From: Corallococcus soli
GTDB taxonomy: Bacteria > Myxococcota > Myxococcia > Myxococcales > Myxococcaceae
Assembly (NCBI RefSeq): GCF_014930455.1
Contig: NZ_JAAIYO010000008.1
Coordinates: forward strand, 1-32,366
Length of the DNA stretch: 32,366 nucleotides
Direction of reading: 5' to 3'
This document shows, in pieces, positions 1 through 16,071 of this stretch. The translations under genes were made by a program, and so were the position numbers. Position 1 is the stretch's first letter. Each line of letters opens with the position of its first letter. The notes under the pieces were generated by a model. That model ran no database searches. It worked only from the letters and a program-made list of their open reading frames with translations, and was not told where the DNA came from.

Positions 1-54
1 GATCATCGCCTGATCGGCTTCACGCCGACCAGCTTCCACGGGCACTGAGTTGCC

Positions 55-86
55 GAGGGGAGGGCTGCTTTTGTAGCCTTCCCCTC
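55..86 (+). other. GC-rich stem-loop upstream of rpmG; possible terminator of an upstream gene that lies outside the window
   Basis: Left arm CGAGGGGAGGGCT pairs with right arm AGCCTTCCCCTC (12 bp, one G-U) around loop GCTTTTGT. No downstream T-run. The first 48 nt end in a TGA but show no recognisable coding signal. Confidence 0.25.
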
Positions 87-107
87 TCGCATCTGGTGAA
101 ATGAGCC

Positions 108-272
108 ATGCCGAAGGGTAACCGTTCCATCATCTCGCTCGAATGCACCACGTGCAAAGAGCGGAACTACACGACCACGAAGAACAAGCGGAAGAGCCAG
201 GACAAGCTCGAACTGAGCAAGTTCTGTCCTCGGTGCCGCAAGCATACGGACCACAAGGAAGGCAAGGTCTAG
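108..272 (+). CDS. rpmG: 50S ribosomal protein L33
   Basis: 54-aa [57 protein letters not shown] with CxxC...CxxC zinc ribbon and the typical L33 length. It sits directly before tRNA-Trp-secE-nusG, the usual rpmG position. Too short to appear in the ORF track. Confidence 0.85.
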   Translation: MPKGNRSIISLECTTCKERNYTTTKNKRKSQDKLELSKFCPRCRKHTDHKEGKV

Positions 273-294
273 GTCGCGGGTTCCATGAAGGTTT

Positions 295-370
295 AGGCCA
301 GTAGCTCCAACGGTAGAGCAGCGGTCTCCAAATCCGCGTGTTGGGGGTTCGAATCCCTCCTGGCCTGCCA
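295..370 (+). tRNA. trnW: tRNA-Trp (anticodon CCA)
   Basis: 76-nt cloverleaf. Acceptor stem AGGCCAG pairs with CTGGCCT, then discriminator G and an encoded CCA. D-arm is GTAGCTCCAACGGTAGAGC. Anticodon loop CTCCAAA gives anticodon CCA. T-arm is GGTTCGAATCC. This is the canonical position between rpmG and secE. Confidence 0.9.
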
Positions 371-379
371 GCTTCAGTA

Positions 380-425
380 CAGGGACCCCCGGTACCGAGC
401 GGTGCCGGGGGTCCCTGCCTTTTCG
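380..425 (+). terminator. Hairpin after tRNA-Trp, terminator or processing signal
   Basis: Perfect 13-bp stem CAGGGACCCCCGG / CCGGGGGTCCCTG (380-392 and 405-417) with a 12-nt loop, followed by CCTTTTCGC. Confidence 0.5.
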
Positions 426-458
426 CAGTCCAGCTTCCGCAGTCCCTCGTGAGGCACC

Positions 459-902
459 ATGGCGACGGCAACTGAGGCCAGCCAGCAGGCTAACCGCTCG
501 GGCATCGACCCCAAGCGGCTCGTGGTCATCTTCTATCTCGTCGCCGGCATCGTCCTGGCCCTCTTCCTGGAGCATGTCTTCGGGTTGCTCTGGAGCCGGT
601 TCGGTTGGAGCGACGTCGAACTCTTCGAAGGCCTGGGCTGGCGTGTATCTACCCTGGTGGGCTACGGCGTGGCCCTCGGGTTGGTGCTGGCAGCCTACTT
701 CCACCCCCGCACACACGCCCTGTCCATCGACGTGGCGTCCGAGCTGATGAAGGTCACCTGGCCCACCTGGTCGGAGACCCGGGCTTCGACCATGGCCGTG
801 GTCGTCGCTTCGCTCGTGGCGGCGGTGCTCCTCTTCTGCATCGACACCGTCGCCTACAACTTGATGGTGGAGTGGCTGCCTGCCCTGTGGGGGAAGCTGT
901 AA
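459..902 (+). CDS. secE: Preprotein translocase subunit SecE (long, multi-TM form)
   Basis: 147-aa ORF with three hydrophobic segments and the conserved C-terminal region (KVTWPTW...VVVASLVAAVLLF). Sits between tRNA-Trp and nusG. GC-rich third codon positions. Confidence 0.88.
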   Translation: MATATEASQQANRSGIDPKRLVVIFYLVAGIVLALFLEHVFGLLWSRFGWSDVELFEGLGWRVSTLVGYGVALGLVLAAYFHPRTHALSIDVASELMKVTWPTWSETRASTMAVVVASLVAAVLLFCIDTVAYNLMVEWLPALWGKL

Positions 903-1450
903 TGGCGAAGAAATGGTTCACGGTCCAGACCTACTCGAACTACGAGAACCAGGCGAAGAAGAACCTGGAGGAGCAGGTGCGCCTCAAGGGCCTTCAGGAC
1001 CAGGACTTGATCGGTGAGATCCTCATCCCCATGGAGCAGGTCGTGGAGATGGTGAACGGCGAGAAGAAGACCACCCGCCGCAAGCTCTTCCCGGGCTACA
1101 TCTTCGTCCAGATGGAGCTCAGCGACACCACCCTGCACCTGGTGAAGAACACCTCCAAGGTGACCGGCTTCCCGGGCGTGGGGCAGAACGAGCAGCCCCG
1201 GCCCATGTCGGACGCGGAGGTCGCCCGGCTCACTGCTCAGGTGACCGAGGGCGCCCACAAGACCAAGCCCAAGGTCCAGTTCGAGACGAGCGACACCGTG
1301 CGCGTCATCGACGGTCCGTTCGCGAACTTCAACGGCACGGTGGAAGAGGTCAACCCGGAGAAGGGCCGCGTCCGCGTGCTCGTCAGCATCTTCGGTCGCG
1401 CGACGCCCGTGGAACTCGATTTCATGCAGGTGGAGAAGACCACCGGCTAA
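902..1450 (+). CDS. nusG: Transcription termination/antitermination factor NusG
   Basis: MAKKWFTVQTYSNYENQAKKNLEE... is an NGN domain, and the C-terminal KOW motif is present (VRVIDGPFANFNGTVEEVNPEKGRVRVLVSIFGRATPVEL). The ATG at 902 overlaps the secE stop (TAATG). The track ORF 605..1450 is an in-frame upstream extension. Confidence 0.95.
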   Translation: MAKKWFTVQTYSNYENQAKKNLEEQVRLKGLQDQDLIGEILIPMEQVVEMVNGEKKTTRRKLFPGYIFVQMELSDTTLHLVKNTSKVTGFPGVGQNEQPRPMSDAEVARLTAQVTEGAHKTKPKVQFETSDTVRVIDGPFANFNGTVEEVNPEKGRVRVLVSIFGRATPVELDFMQVEKTTG

Positions 1451-1458
1451 TCAGGCTT

Positions 1459-1481
1459 CCGCGTCCGGATGACGGGCGCGG
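1459..1481 (+). promoter_or_regulatory. Stem-loop in nusG-rplK spacer, possible attenuator or part of the L11/L1 operon leader
   Basis: CCGCGTCCG / CGGGCGCGG gives a 9-bp stem with one G-U and loop GATGA. It lies in the 103-nt spacer before rplK. L1 autoregulates the rplKA leader in E. coli. Confidence 0.25.
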
Positions 1482-1553
1482 ATCAACGGGTGGGAGGGTC
1501 GTCCCGTCTGGCGACCCGCTGGAACCACCCCATCGAAAGGCAGCAGTCCGCCG

Positions 1554-2000
1554 ATGAAGAAGATCACAGGTCAGGTCAAGTTGCAGATCCCCGCCGGCAA
1601 GGCGAATCCCGCCCCGCCGATTGGTCCCGCCCTCGGTCAGCAGGGCGTGAACATCATGGAGTTCTGCAAGCAGTTCAACGCCAAGACGCAGGCAGAGGCG
1701 AAGGAAGGTCTCATCATCCCGGTGATCATCACCGTGTATGCGGACCGCTCCTTCACCTTCATCATGAAGACGCCTCCCGCCGCCATCCTCATCAAGAAGG
1801 CCGCGGGTCTCCACACGGAGAAGAAGAAGGGTTCGGGCGCGAAGAAGCCGGGCAAGGAGAAGGTGGGGCAGATCACCCGGAAGCAGCTCGAGGAGATCGC
1901 CAACAAGAAGATCCAGGACACCACCGCCGCGTCCCTCGAAGCCTGCATGAACACCATTGCTGGCACCGCGCGCTCCATGGGCATCGAAGTCGTCGGCTAG
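1554..2000 (+). CDS. rplK: 50S ribosomal protein L11
   Basis: [45 protein letters not shown]... is a textbook L11 N-terminus. 148 aa. Confidence 0.95.
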   Translation: MKKITGQVKLQIPAGKANPAPPIGPALGQQGVNIMEFCKQFNAKTQAEAKEGLIIPVIITVYADRSFTFIMKTPPAAILIKKAAGLHTEKKKGSGAKKPGKEKVGQITRKQLEEIANKKIQDTTAASLEACMNTIAGTARSMGIEVVG

Positions 2001-2029
2001 CCCGCCCCCATCTTTCAAGGATTCCTGCC

Positions 2030-2743
2030 ATGGCTACCAATGGAAAGAAGTTCCGCGCGTCCTCCGAGCTGGTGGACCGCAACAAGCGCTATCCCGTCGC
2101 CGAGGGCTTCGCGCTGCTGAAGAAGACGGTCGAGTCGCGTGCGACGAAGTACGACCAGACGGTGGATGTCGCCATCAACCTGGGCGTGGACCCGAAGCAC
2201 GCGGACCAGATGGTCCGTGGCGCCGTGGTGCTCCCGCACGGCACCGGCGCCACCGTGCGCGTGGCCGTGTTCGCCAAGGGCGAGCGCGCCACCGAGGCGG
2301 CCAACGCCGGCGCCGACATCGTGGGCGCGGAGGACCTCCAGAAGCGCATTGAGGAGGGCTTCCTCGACTTCGACACCGTCATCGCGACGCCGGACATGAT
2401 GGGCGTGGTCGGTCGCCTCGGTAAGGTGCTCGGTCCCCGCGGCCTCATGCCCAACCCGAAGGTCGGCACGGTCACGATGGACGTGGCCAAGGCCATCCGT
2501 GACTCCAAGGGCGGTAAGGTCGACTTCCGCGCGGAGAAGGCGGGCATCGTCCACGCGAAGATGGGCAAGGCCTCCTTCGAAACGGCCAAGCTGGAGGCGA
2601 ACTTCAACGCGCTGGTGGACCTGGTGATGAAGCTCAAGCCGGCCACCGCGAAGGGCGTCTACCTGCAGGGCATCGCCATCTCGACGACGATGGGGCCGGG
2701 CATCAAGCTCGACACCACCGAAATCCTGGCGCGTCACCGCTAA
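2030..2743 (+). CDS. rplA: 50S ribosomal protein L1
   Basis: [32 protein letters not shown]... matches L1. AAGGA RBS before the ATG at 2030. The track ORF 1469..2743 is an in-frame upstream extension that overlaps rplK. Confidence 0.95.
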   Translation: MATNGKKFRASSELVDRNKRYPVAEGFALLKKTVESRATKYDQTVDVAINLGVDPKHADQMVRGAVVLPHGTGATVRVAVFAKGERATEAANAGADIVGAEDLQKRIEEGFLDFDTVIATPDMMGVVGRLGKVLGPRGLMPNPKVGTVTMDVAKAIRDSKGGKVDFRAEKAGIVHAKMGKASFETAKLEANFNALVDLVMKLKPATAKGVYLQGIAISTTMGPGIKLDTTEILARHR

Positions 2744-2847
2744 TTTGCGGGGCGAAGCGGGCCGGAAAAGGTGCGTTCCCTGATGGGGAGCGCCCGTCCT
2801 GTCGCCTGCTGGACGCTGGTCGCATAGAAAGTGCTGGATCTTTGCGA

Positions 2848-2880
2848 AAGCCGGGGGTATAGGCCCCCGGCTTTTGCAAT
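2848..2880 (+). terminator. Intrinsic terminator/attenuator downstream of rplA
   Basis: AAGCCGGGGG / CCCCCGGCTT 10-bp stem with loop TATAGG, then a T-run (CTTTTGCAATT). Confidence 0.5.
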
Positions 2881-3141
2881 TGGAGCGCCATGTCGAGAGA
2901 CACGGTGTTCCGACCTGGTTCATGACAGCAGGGACCTGGAAGGGAAGAAGACGCGTCCGTTGGGAACCGGGCAACCGGTCGGACCGTTGATTCCACTCCT
3001 GGTTCAAACGGCCGCAAGGTCAGCCCTGCCGAGACTGGAGGTGCGGTGTGGTGCCTCTCGGAGGCTCCTCCCTCGCTCTGCCACTTTGGCCCAGGCATCA
3101 CGCCCGACCGTCAGGCCGGGCCATAAAGGAGGTGAGTCAAG
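2881..3141 (+). promoter_or_regulatory. rplJ (L10) mRNA leader, presumed L10(L12)4 autoregulatory region
   Basis: An unusually long structured non-coding spacer, about 400 nt between rplA and rplJ. This matches the long L10 leader known in E. coli and Rfam. It contains several local hairpins and no credible ORF with an RBS. Confidence 0.35.
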
Positions 3142-3663
3142 GTGCTGAAGAGCGAGAAGGAAGTGATGATCAAGGAACTCAACGAGAAGTTCGCCCGGAC
3201 CAAGTCCGCGGTGGTCGCCGAGTTCTCCAAGGTGGATGTGGAGACGGTGACCAAGCTTCGTCGCAAGTTCCGCGAGGGCAAGGTCGAATACAAGGTCATC
3301 AAGAACACGCTGGCGCGCCGTGCTGCTGAAGGCACGCCGTTGTCCGTGATTTCGGATGACTTCACGGGGCCGGTGGCCCTGTGCATCAGCTACGACGACG
3401 TGGTGGCTCCTGCCAAGATCCTGATGGATTTCATCAAGGACATGGAGACCATCAAGGTCCGCAGCGCCGTGGTGGACGGCCGCAAGGTCGACGTCAACGG
3501 CGTGAAGGCGCTGGCGAAGTTGCCGGGCCTCAACGAGCTCCGAGGGCAGCTGCTCGGAATGCTCAACCAGCCTGCTGGCAAGCTGGTTCGGACCATCGCG
3601 GCCCCCGGGTCGCAGCTCGCGCGGGTCATCCAGGCCAACGCGGACAAGTCGAAGCCCGAGTAA
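3142..3663 (+). CDS. rplJ: 50S ribosomal protein L10
   Basis: GTG start 9 nt after a perfect AAGGAGG. MLKSEKEVMIKELNEKFARTKSAVVAEF... 173 aa. Confidence 0.9.
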   Translation: MLKSEKEVMIKELNEKFARTKSAVVAEFSKVDVETVTKLRRKFREGKVEYKVIKNTLARRAAEGTPLSVISDDFTGPVALCISYDDVVAPAKILMDFIKDMETIKVRSAVVDGRKVDVNGVKALAKLPGLNELRGQLLGMLNQPAGKLVRTIAAPGSQLARVIQANADKSKPE

Positions 3664-3755
3664 TCGTCCCGAGAAGTTTTTCTACCGACACCCCCACGGC
3701 TGGGCTGACCCACTGGGTCGCCGGCCGTTAGTCAACACCAGAAGGACACAGTTCC

Positions 3756-4124
3756 ATGGCTGACCTGAACAAGATTGCCGAAGACCTCTCCTCCCTGACC
3801 ATCCTGGAGGCCGCTGAGCTCGTGAAGGCCCTCGAGACCAAGTGGGGCGTTTCCGCCGCGGCCGTTGCCGTTGCCGCGGGTCCCGCCGTCGCCGCCGCTC
3901 CTGTCGAGGAGAAGACGGAGTTCAACGTCGTTCTCGCGAACGCGGGCGCGAACAAGATCAACGTCATCAAGGAGATCCGCGCCATCACCGGCCTGGGCCT
4001 GAAGGAGGCCAAGGACCTGGTCGAGGGCGCGCCCAAGACGGTCAAGGAAGGCGTCAACAAGGACGACGCCAAGAAGATCAAGGACCAGCTCACCGCGGCT
4101 GGCGCCACCGTCGAAGTGAAGTAG
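3756..4124 (+). CDS. rplL: 50S ribosomal protein L7/L12
   Basis: [27 protein letters not shown]..., an Ala/Pro hinge, and a C-terminal domain ending [18 protein letters not shown]...GATVEVK. 122 aa. Confidence 0.95.
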   Translation: MADLNKIAEDLSSLTILEAAELVKALETKWGVSAAAVAVAAGPAVAAAPVEEKTEFNVVLANAGANKINVIKEIRAITGLGLKEAKDLVEGAPKTVKEGVNKDDAKKIKDQLTAAGATVEVK

Positions 4125-4187
4125 TTCTGACAGGGGCTGTCCTGTTCTTCCGGGAAATCCCGGGCAGCCTCCTGACCGGATGAGCAG

Positions 4188-4228
4188 GCCGGCGTCCCCT
4201 TTGCTGGGGCGCCGGCTTTGCCCATTTG
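4188..4228 (+). terminator. rplL-rpoB intercistronic attenuator hairpin
   Basis: Stem is GCCGGCG, a bulged T, then CCCC, pairing with GGGG CGCCGGC (11 bp) around loop TTTGCT, followed by the T-rich TTTGCCCATTTG. The position corresponds to the known partial terminator between rplL and rpoB in E. coli. Two smaller hairpins precede it (4130-4145 and 4149-4164). Confidence 0.45.
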
Positions 4229-4304
4229 ACATTTGCCAAATTTCCCGGCGCCGCCGCGCGTTACTGAAGTTTGCCCCGCCCGAGCAGCCGTCTCCGGAGA
4301 CCGA

Positions 4305-8531
<4,227 letters not shown>

Positions 8532-8561
8532 GCCTTTTTAGCAGCCGGTGCGCCCGCCTGA

Positions 8562-8602
8562 CCGGTCGGTATCGCTTCCTCGTGGAGGGAGCGGCCGACC
8601 GG
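8562..8602 (+). promoter_or_regulatory. Two-helix stem-loop in rpoB-rpoC spacer
   Basis: Outer stem CCGGTCGG (8562-8569) pairs with CCGACCGG (8595-8602). Inner stem CGCTTCCT (8573-8580) pairs with AGGGAGCG (8586-8593) around loop CGTGG. Possible processing or translational-control element. Confidence 0.3.
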
Positions 8603-8663
8603 GTGCAGGGCGGGGGCCCGAAACGTTTGGCGCCTTGAGCGCTCATAAGTTTTCGGAGGCAAC

Positions 8664-12872
<4,209 letters not shown>

Positions 12873-12880
12873 TGCATCCT

Positions 12881-12952
12881 GAGGAGCGTCCCTGACGCTC
12901 CTCGAGTCAGCCGCCGTCCTGGGTCATGCCGGGGCGGCGGCTTTCTTGTTTT
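12881..12952 (+). terminator. Tandem terminator hairpins after rpoC
   Basis: A perfect 10-bp hairpin GAGGAGCGTC / GACGCTCCTC with loop CCTG (12881-12904). Then AGCCGCCG / CGGCGGCT (12909-12942) followed by TTCTTGTTTT. Confidence 0.6.
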
Positions 12953-12974
12953 GCACAGTTCGTCGCCTGTTGTC

Positions 12975-13002
12975 TTGACAGCATGTCGCGGTGCGTTATG
13001 TT
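12975..13002 (+). promoter_or_regulatory. Sigma70-like promoter for the downstream phasin-like gene
   Basis: -35 TTGACA (12975-12980), a 16-nt spacer, and -10 TATGTT (12997-13002). It overlaps the direct repeats TTGAC...CGTTAT / TTGAC...CGTTAT. A small hairpin CCCGG / CCGGG at 13023-13036 and a GGGGGAG RBS lie before the ATG at 13051. Confidence 0.3.
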
Positions 13003-13050
13003 GACGCATCACGTTATCTGAGCCCGGGAAGCCGGGCGGGGGAGCAGGAC

Positions 13051-13506
13051 ATGACGACGACGACGAACGCGAAGGTGACGGCCGTGACGCAGAACGTGGA
13101 GAACTTCCTCAAGGGGCAGTTCTCCCAGGCCCAGAAGCGGTTCGAGGGGCTGGAAGGGGAGGCCAACAAGGCCTTCAAGGTGCTGGAGACCCGGAGCCAG
13201 GAAGCGGCGAAGGAGGTCCAGGCCCTGTGGGTGAAGGTGCAGGCCGGTGAGCTGCGCACGGACCCCCGGGTGCAGGAGCTGAGCAAGAAGGTGGACGCCG
13301 CCAGCGTGGAGCTGCGCAAGCGGCTGGACGGGCTGCAGGCGAGGGTCGTGGAGGCGGTGGGCGTCGCCAGCCAGTCCCAGGTGGAGCAGATCACCCACGA
13401 GCTGGGCCGCCTGTCGAAGAAGCTGGATGTACTGCTGAAGCCCACCCGTCGGGCCCACGGCGCGACCAAGAATTCGGGCGGCGCGGCGTCTTCTCCGCGA
13501 GCCTGA
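13051..13506 (+). CDS. Phasin-family (PHA granule-associated-like) coiled-coil protein
   Basis: 151 aa, helical and Ala/Gln/Glu/Lys-rich. The C-terminal motif SQSQVEQITHELGRLSKKLDVLL resembles the conserved phasin C-terminus. The start is moved to the ATG at 13051 (preceded by GGGGGAGCAGGAC) within track ORF 12991..13506. Confidence 0.55.
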   Translation: MTTTTNAKVTAVTQNVENFLKGQFSQAQKRFEGLEGEANKAFKVLETRSQEAAKEVQALWVKVQAGELRTDPRVQELSKKVDAASVELRKRLDGLQARVVEAVGVASQSQVEQITHELGRLSKKLDVLLKPTRRAHGATKNSGGAASSPRA

Positions 13507-13609
13507 GCAGCGTTTTCATAACCTGGGGGGTGTGCTTAGGTGGCCGCCCCCTTTGTTCGAGCCCCGGGTTTCCCATGAGGGAAGGCTGGGGGACTCCCGG
13601 AGCGACTTC

Positions 13610-13960
13610 ATGGACAACAACACCGAGGCCCCCCGGGAGAAGCCGTCCGTGGCGGAAGCCTTCGAGCGCATCTGGAGCCAGGCGCTCCTGGCGGTGAACA
13701 CGGCGGAGGAGGAGGCTTCGCGCGCGGTGCAGCGCGTGGCGTCCGTCGCCGGGTGGAGCCAGGACGAAGTGAAGCGCCAGGCCCGCGAGTTCGCGGAGCG
13801 CCTGACGGGGCACCGCCGGGATCTGGAGCACAACGTGGAAGAGCGGGTCCGCACGGCCCTCTCGCTGTTGAAGCTGCCGCGCCGCGAGGAGTTGCAGGCG
13901 TTTGGCAGCCGATTGGAGCGCCTCTCCGAGCGCATCCAGGCCCTGGAGCACCGCAAGTGA
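13610..13960 (+). CDS. Phasin-family coiled-coil protein, paralogue of the previous gene
   Basis: C-terminal LPRREELQAFGSRLERLSERIQALE is a phasin-like motif, and the body is helical. Start is uncertain: ATG 13610 (MDNNTEAPREK, chosen) or the upstream GTG 13532. Same strand, 104 nt after the first phasin-like gene. Confidence 0.5.
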   Translation: MDNNTEAPREKPSVAEAFERIWSQALLAVNTAEEEASRAVQRVASVAGWSQDEVKRQAREFAERLTGHRRDLEHNVEERVRTALSLLKLPRREELQAFGSRLERLSERIQALEHRK

Positions 13961-13989
13961 GTGGACCCGCCGCCTCGGGCGGCAGGTCG

Positions 13990-14718
13990 TTGGGAACGCG
14001 GTTCTTCGCGGGGCTGCATGCCCTGAGCAGCGGGTGCTCCCGGCTCCCGTTGCTCGCGGGCGTGGCGCTCGTGGTGTCCGCGCGGGTGGTGCCCCTGCTG
14101 GAGGAGCCCACCCCTCCGGCTGGCGTTCCGGAGCACGTGTCGCAGGAGTCCGTCTCCGCGGAGGCGATGCTCATCGACGCGGTGCTGGCCAAGCGCGCTC
14201 CGGACCTGGGGCTCACGCTGCGCCGGCGTCTGGGGCAGGCCATCGACGAGGAGTCCCGCCGCACCGGGTATGACCCGCTGCTGGTGCTGGCGCTCATCGA
14301 CGTGGAGTCCGACTTCGAGGAGGAGTCCGTCTCCGACAAGGGCGCCCGGGGCCTGATGCAGATCAAGCCCAGCACGCTGCACTTCCTGGCGGAGAAGGAG
14401 GGCCTGCGGCTGTCGCGCGAGGAGGTGGTGGCCGACCCCGCCGTGTGTGTGCGTCTGGGCATCCGCTACCTGCGCTCGCTGCAGAGCCGGTTTGGCGGCG
14501 ACCTGGACATGGCGCTGATGGCGTACAACGCCGGCCCCACGCGCATCCGGGACGCCATGAGGGCCGGAGAGCTGGAGAAGTTCCGCCGCTACCCCCGGGC
14601 CGTGCGGCGCGACTTCCGCCGCTTCCGCGAGGGCCATGGCCTGGGCGGAGACTGGGCGCTCGCGCAGCGGGAGCTGCCGCCCGAGCCTCCCGGCGCGACG
14701 ACGACCGCGGCGCCCTGA
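13990..14718 (+). CDS. Soluble lytic murein transglycosylase (SLT domain) with N-terminal signal/anchor
   Basis: The SLT catalytic motif LIDVESDFEEESVSDKGARGLMQIKPSTLHF and the downstream MALMAYNAGPTRI are both present. A hydrophobic N-terminus (RLPLLAGVALVVSARVVPLL) suggests export. The track ORF starts at 13753 inside the preceding gene, so the true start must lie after 13960. TTG 13990 is chosen; GTG 14062 is also possible. Confidence 0.65.
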   Translation: MGTRFFAGLHALSSGCSRLPLLAGVALVVSARVVPLLEEPTPPAGVPEHVSQESVSAEAMLIDAVLAKRAPDLGLTLRRRLGQAIDEESRRTGYDPLLVLALIDVESDFEEESVSDKGARGLMQIKPSTLHFLAEKEGLRLSREEVVADPAVCVRLGIRYLRSLQSRFGGDLDMALMAYNAGPTRIRDAMRAGELEKFRRYPRAVRRDFRRFREGHGLGGDWALAQRELPPEPPGATTTAAP

Positions 14719-14863
14719 CGGGCCGTTTGTCGACGTCCTGGTGAATGTTCGGGCCCGTGGTGGGTTCCAACCCGCGCCACACTCGCCTTGTCCCGATCCC
14801 CCGGGTGCGCTAAGTCGTTGCAAACCCTTGGGACTGTTGAGGATTCCCAGGAGGGATTCCCCC

Positions 14864-15553
14864 ATGCCTCGTCCGTCCGCCCGCATCGCGCTCACCGTCG
14901 CGGCCACGCTCGTGCCCATGTTGGCCCTGGCCGGCTCGGTCTTCCTCAACGGCGTCAACATCGACGGCGTGAGGAACCAGCGCTTCGAGAAGGCCACCGT
15001 CCGCGTCGACGCGGAGGGGAACGTCCACATCGACGCGCCGGGGTATGCCGCCCGCGTGACGACCGTGACGCCCACGCCGGCTCCGGCCGCCAAGGCCCCT
15101 TCGACGCCGCCGGGCCCCGCGCCCGCCGGAGCCCCCGTGGATGCCGGGGTCGCGGCCGCCGTTCCGCCCGCTTCCACGCCGTCCGTGCCGGGGCGCATCA
15201 CCCAGCGCTACTGGCTGGTGACGGAGCAGACGACGCCGGGCATGACGGACTTCGACATCGACGTGTACGTGAACTCGCGCTGGGTGCGTCGTTTGCGCAA
15301 CAACGAGGATCAGGTGGTCCTGGAAGTCACCGGTCAGTTGCGTCCCGGGCCGAACGCGGTGACGCTCATCGCCCGCAAGACGAATCCGGGCAGCCGCCGC
15401 AGCACGTCCGCCAGCAACGTCTTCAAGGTGATCATCGGGGAAGGCAATGAGGGCGGCGGCAACGTGATGATTGACACGCCCCTCATCCGCTTCCAGAAGA
15501 CGGCTGCGGACGCGCAGGACGCGACCGAGGAGTTCACCCTCACCACCCGCTGA
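14864..15553 (+). CDS. Secreted hypothetical protein: signal peptide, N-domain, Pro/Ala-rich linker, C-domain
   Basis: Strong RBS CAGGAGGGA before the ATG at 14864. Signal peptide MPRPSARIALTVAATLVPMLALAGSV. Linker PTPAPAAKAPSTPPGPAPAGAP. No motif I recognise. GC3-rich codons. Confidence 0.6.
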   Translation: MPRPSARIALTVAATLVPMLALAGSVFLNGVNIDGVRNQRFEKATVRVDAEGNVHIDAPGYAARVTTVTPTPAPAAKAPSTPPGPAPAGAPVDAGVAAAVPPASTPSVPGRITQRYWLVTEQTTPGMTDFDIDVYVNSRWVRRLRNNEDQVVLEVTGQLRPGPNAVTLIARKTNPGSRRSTSASNVFKVIIGEGNEGGGNVMIDTPLIRFQKTAADAQDATEEFTLTTR

Positions 15554-15583
15554 ACCGGGCCGGCGCGGGGAAGGGAGACGACG

Positions 15584-16048
15584 GTGTTCACCATCGACGA
15601 GCGTTACCGGGGGCTGCCCGCCAGCCGCGACCAGGTGCTCGCGCTGCACCTGTCCCTCAACACGCCGCACGTGGCCATCCCCGGCAAGCAGGCCGGACCG
15701 GCGCAGGCCTTCGTGGTGGGGCTTCGTGGAGGGCAGGGCGCGGGCGTCTTCGTGTACCTGTACCTGGTGGAGGCCGGTGACTGCGCGGTGTACGTGTCCG
15801 GGCGACGCGTCCAGTCCGCGGACGAGCTGCGGGAAGACGAGGACGACGCGCTCGGGTTCGTGGAGTCGCTGGGCTTCATGATGGACAACGCGAACTGGCG
15901 CGCGGTCGCTCCCGCGCAGCAGGACGAGTGGCTCAAGACGCTGCCCGTCTTCTTCAAGGAGCCCACGCTCGTGCCCGCCGTGAAGGCCCGCGCCGAAGAG
16001 AAGCGCAACGTCGCCACCAACCTGGGCCGTTTCCTGGCCGCGTTCTGA
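15584..16048 (+). CDS. Hypothetical protein (154 aa)
   Basis: GTG start after GGGAGACGACG. Tight operon packing: 30 nt after the upstream stop, and its stop is 23 nt before the next ATG. No recognised domain. Confidence 0.45.
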   Translation: MFTIDERYRGLPASRDQVLALHLSLNTPHVAIPGKQAGPAQAFVVGLRGGQGAGVFVYLYLVEAGDCAVYVSGRRVQSADELREDEDDALGFVESLGFMMDNANWRAVAPAQQDEWLKTLPVFFKEPTLVPAVKARAEEKRNVATNLGRFLAAF

Positions 16049-16071
16049 ACCTCCACCCCGGATTGCCTCCC

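Noticed and set aside
1-48. Possible 3' end of an upstream CDS (frame 1 ends at TGA 46-48)
   Set aside because: The 15 codons translated (DHRLIGFTPTSFHGH) match no expected neighbour, for example an EF-Tu C-terminus, and codon bias cannot be judged on 45 nt. Left as non-coding with a stem-loop.
605-2029. 5' extensions of track ORFs 605..1450 (nusG) and 1469..2743 (rplA)
   Set aside because: The extensions overlap secE and rplK respectively and translate to Arg/Gly/Pro-rich junk. Conserved N-termini begin at ATG 902 (MAKKWF) and ATG 2030 (MATNGKKF), with an RBS at the latter.
2831-3148. Small ORFs inside the rplA-rplJ spacer (2831..3148 +, 2703..3101 -)
   Set aside because: No RBS and no homology. 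The region behaves as a structured RNA leader with a terminator plus leader architecture.
4226-4254. Perfect TTGACA -35 hexamer upstream of rpoB
   Set aside because: No acceptable -10 at 16-18 nt spacing (the spacer is followed by CGCCGC). It is most likely part of the T-rich tail of the attenuator rather than a promoter.
13753-13989. Track ORF start 13753 for the lytic transglycosylase (overlapping the phasin-like gene)
   Set aside because: It would overlap the preceding well-formed gene by about 200 nt in another frame. The N-terminal 80 aa are Gly/Pro/Ala-rich. Trimmed to the first plausible start after the upstream stop.
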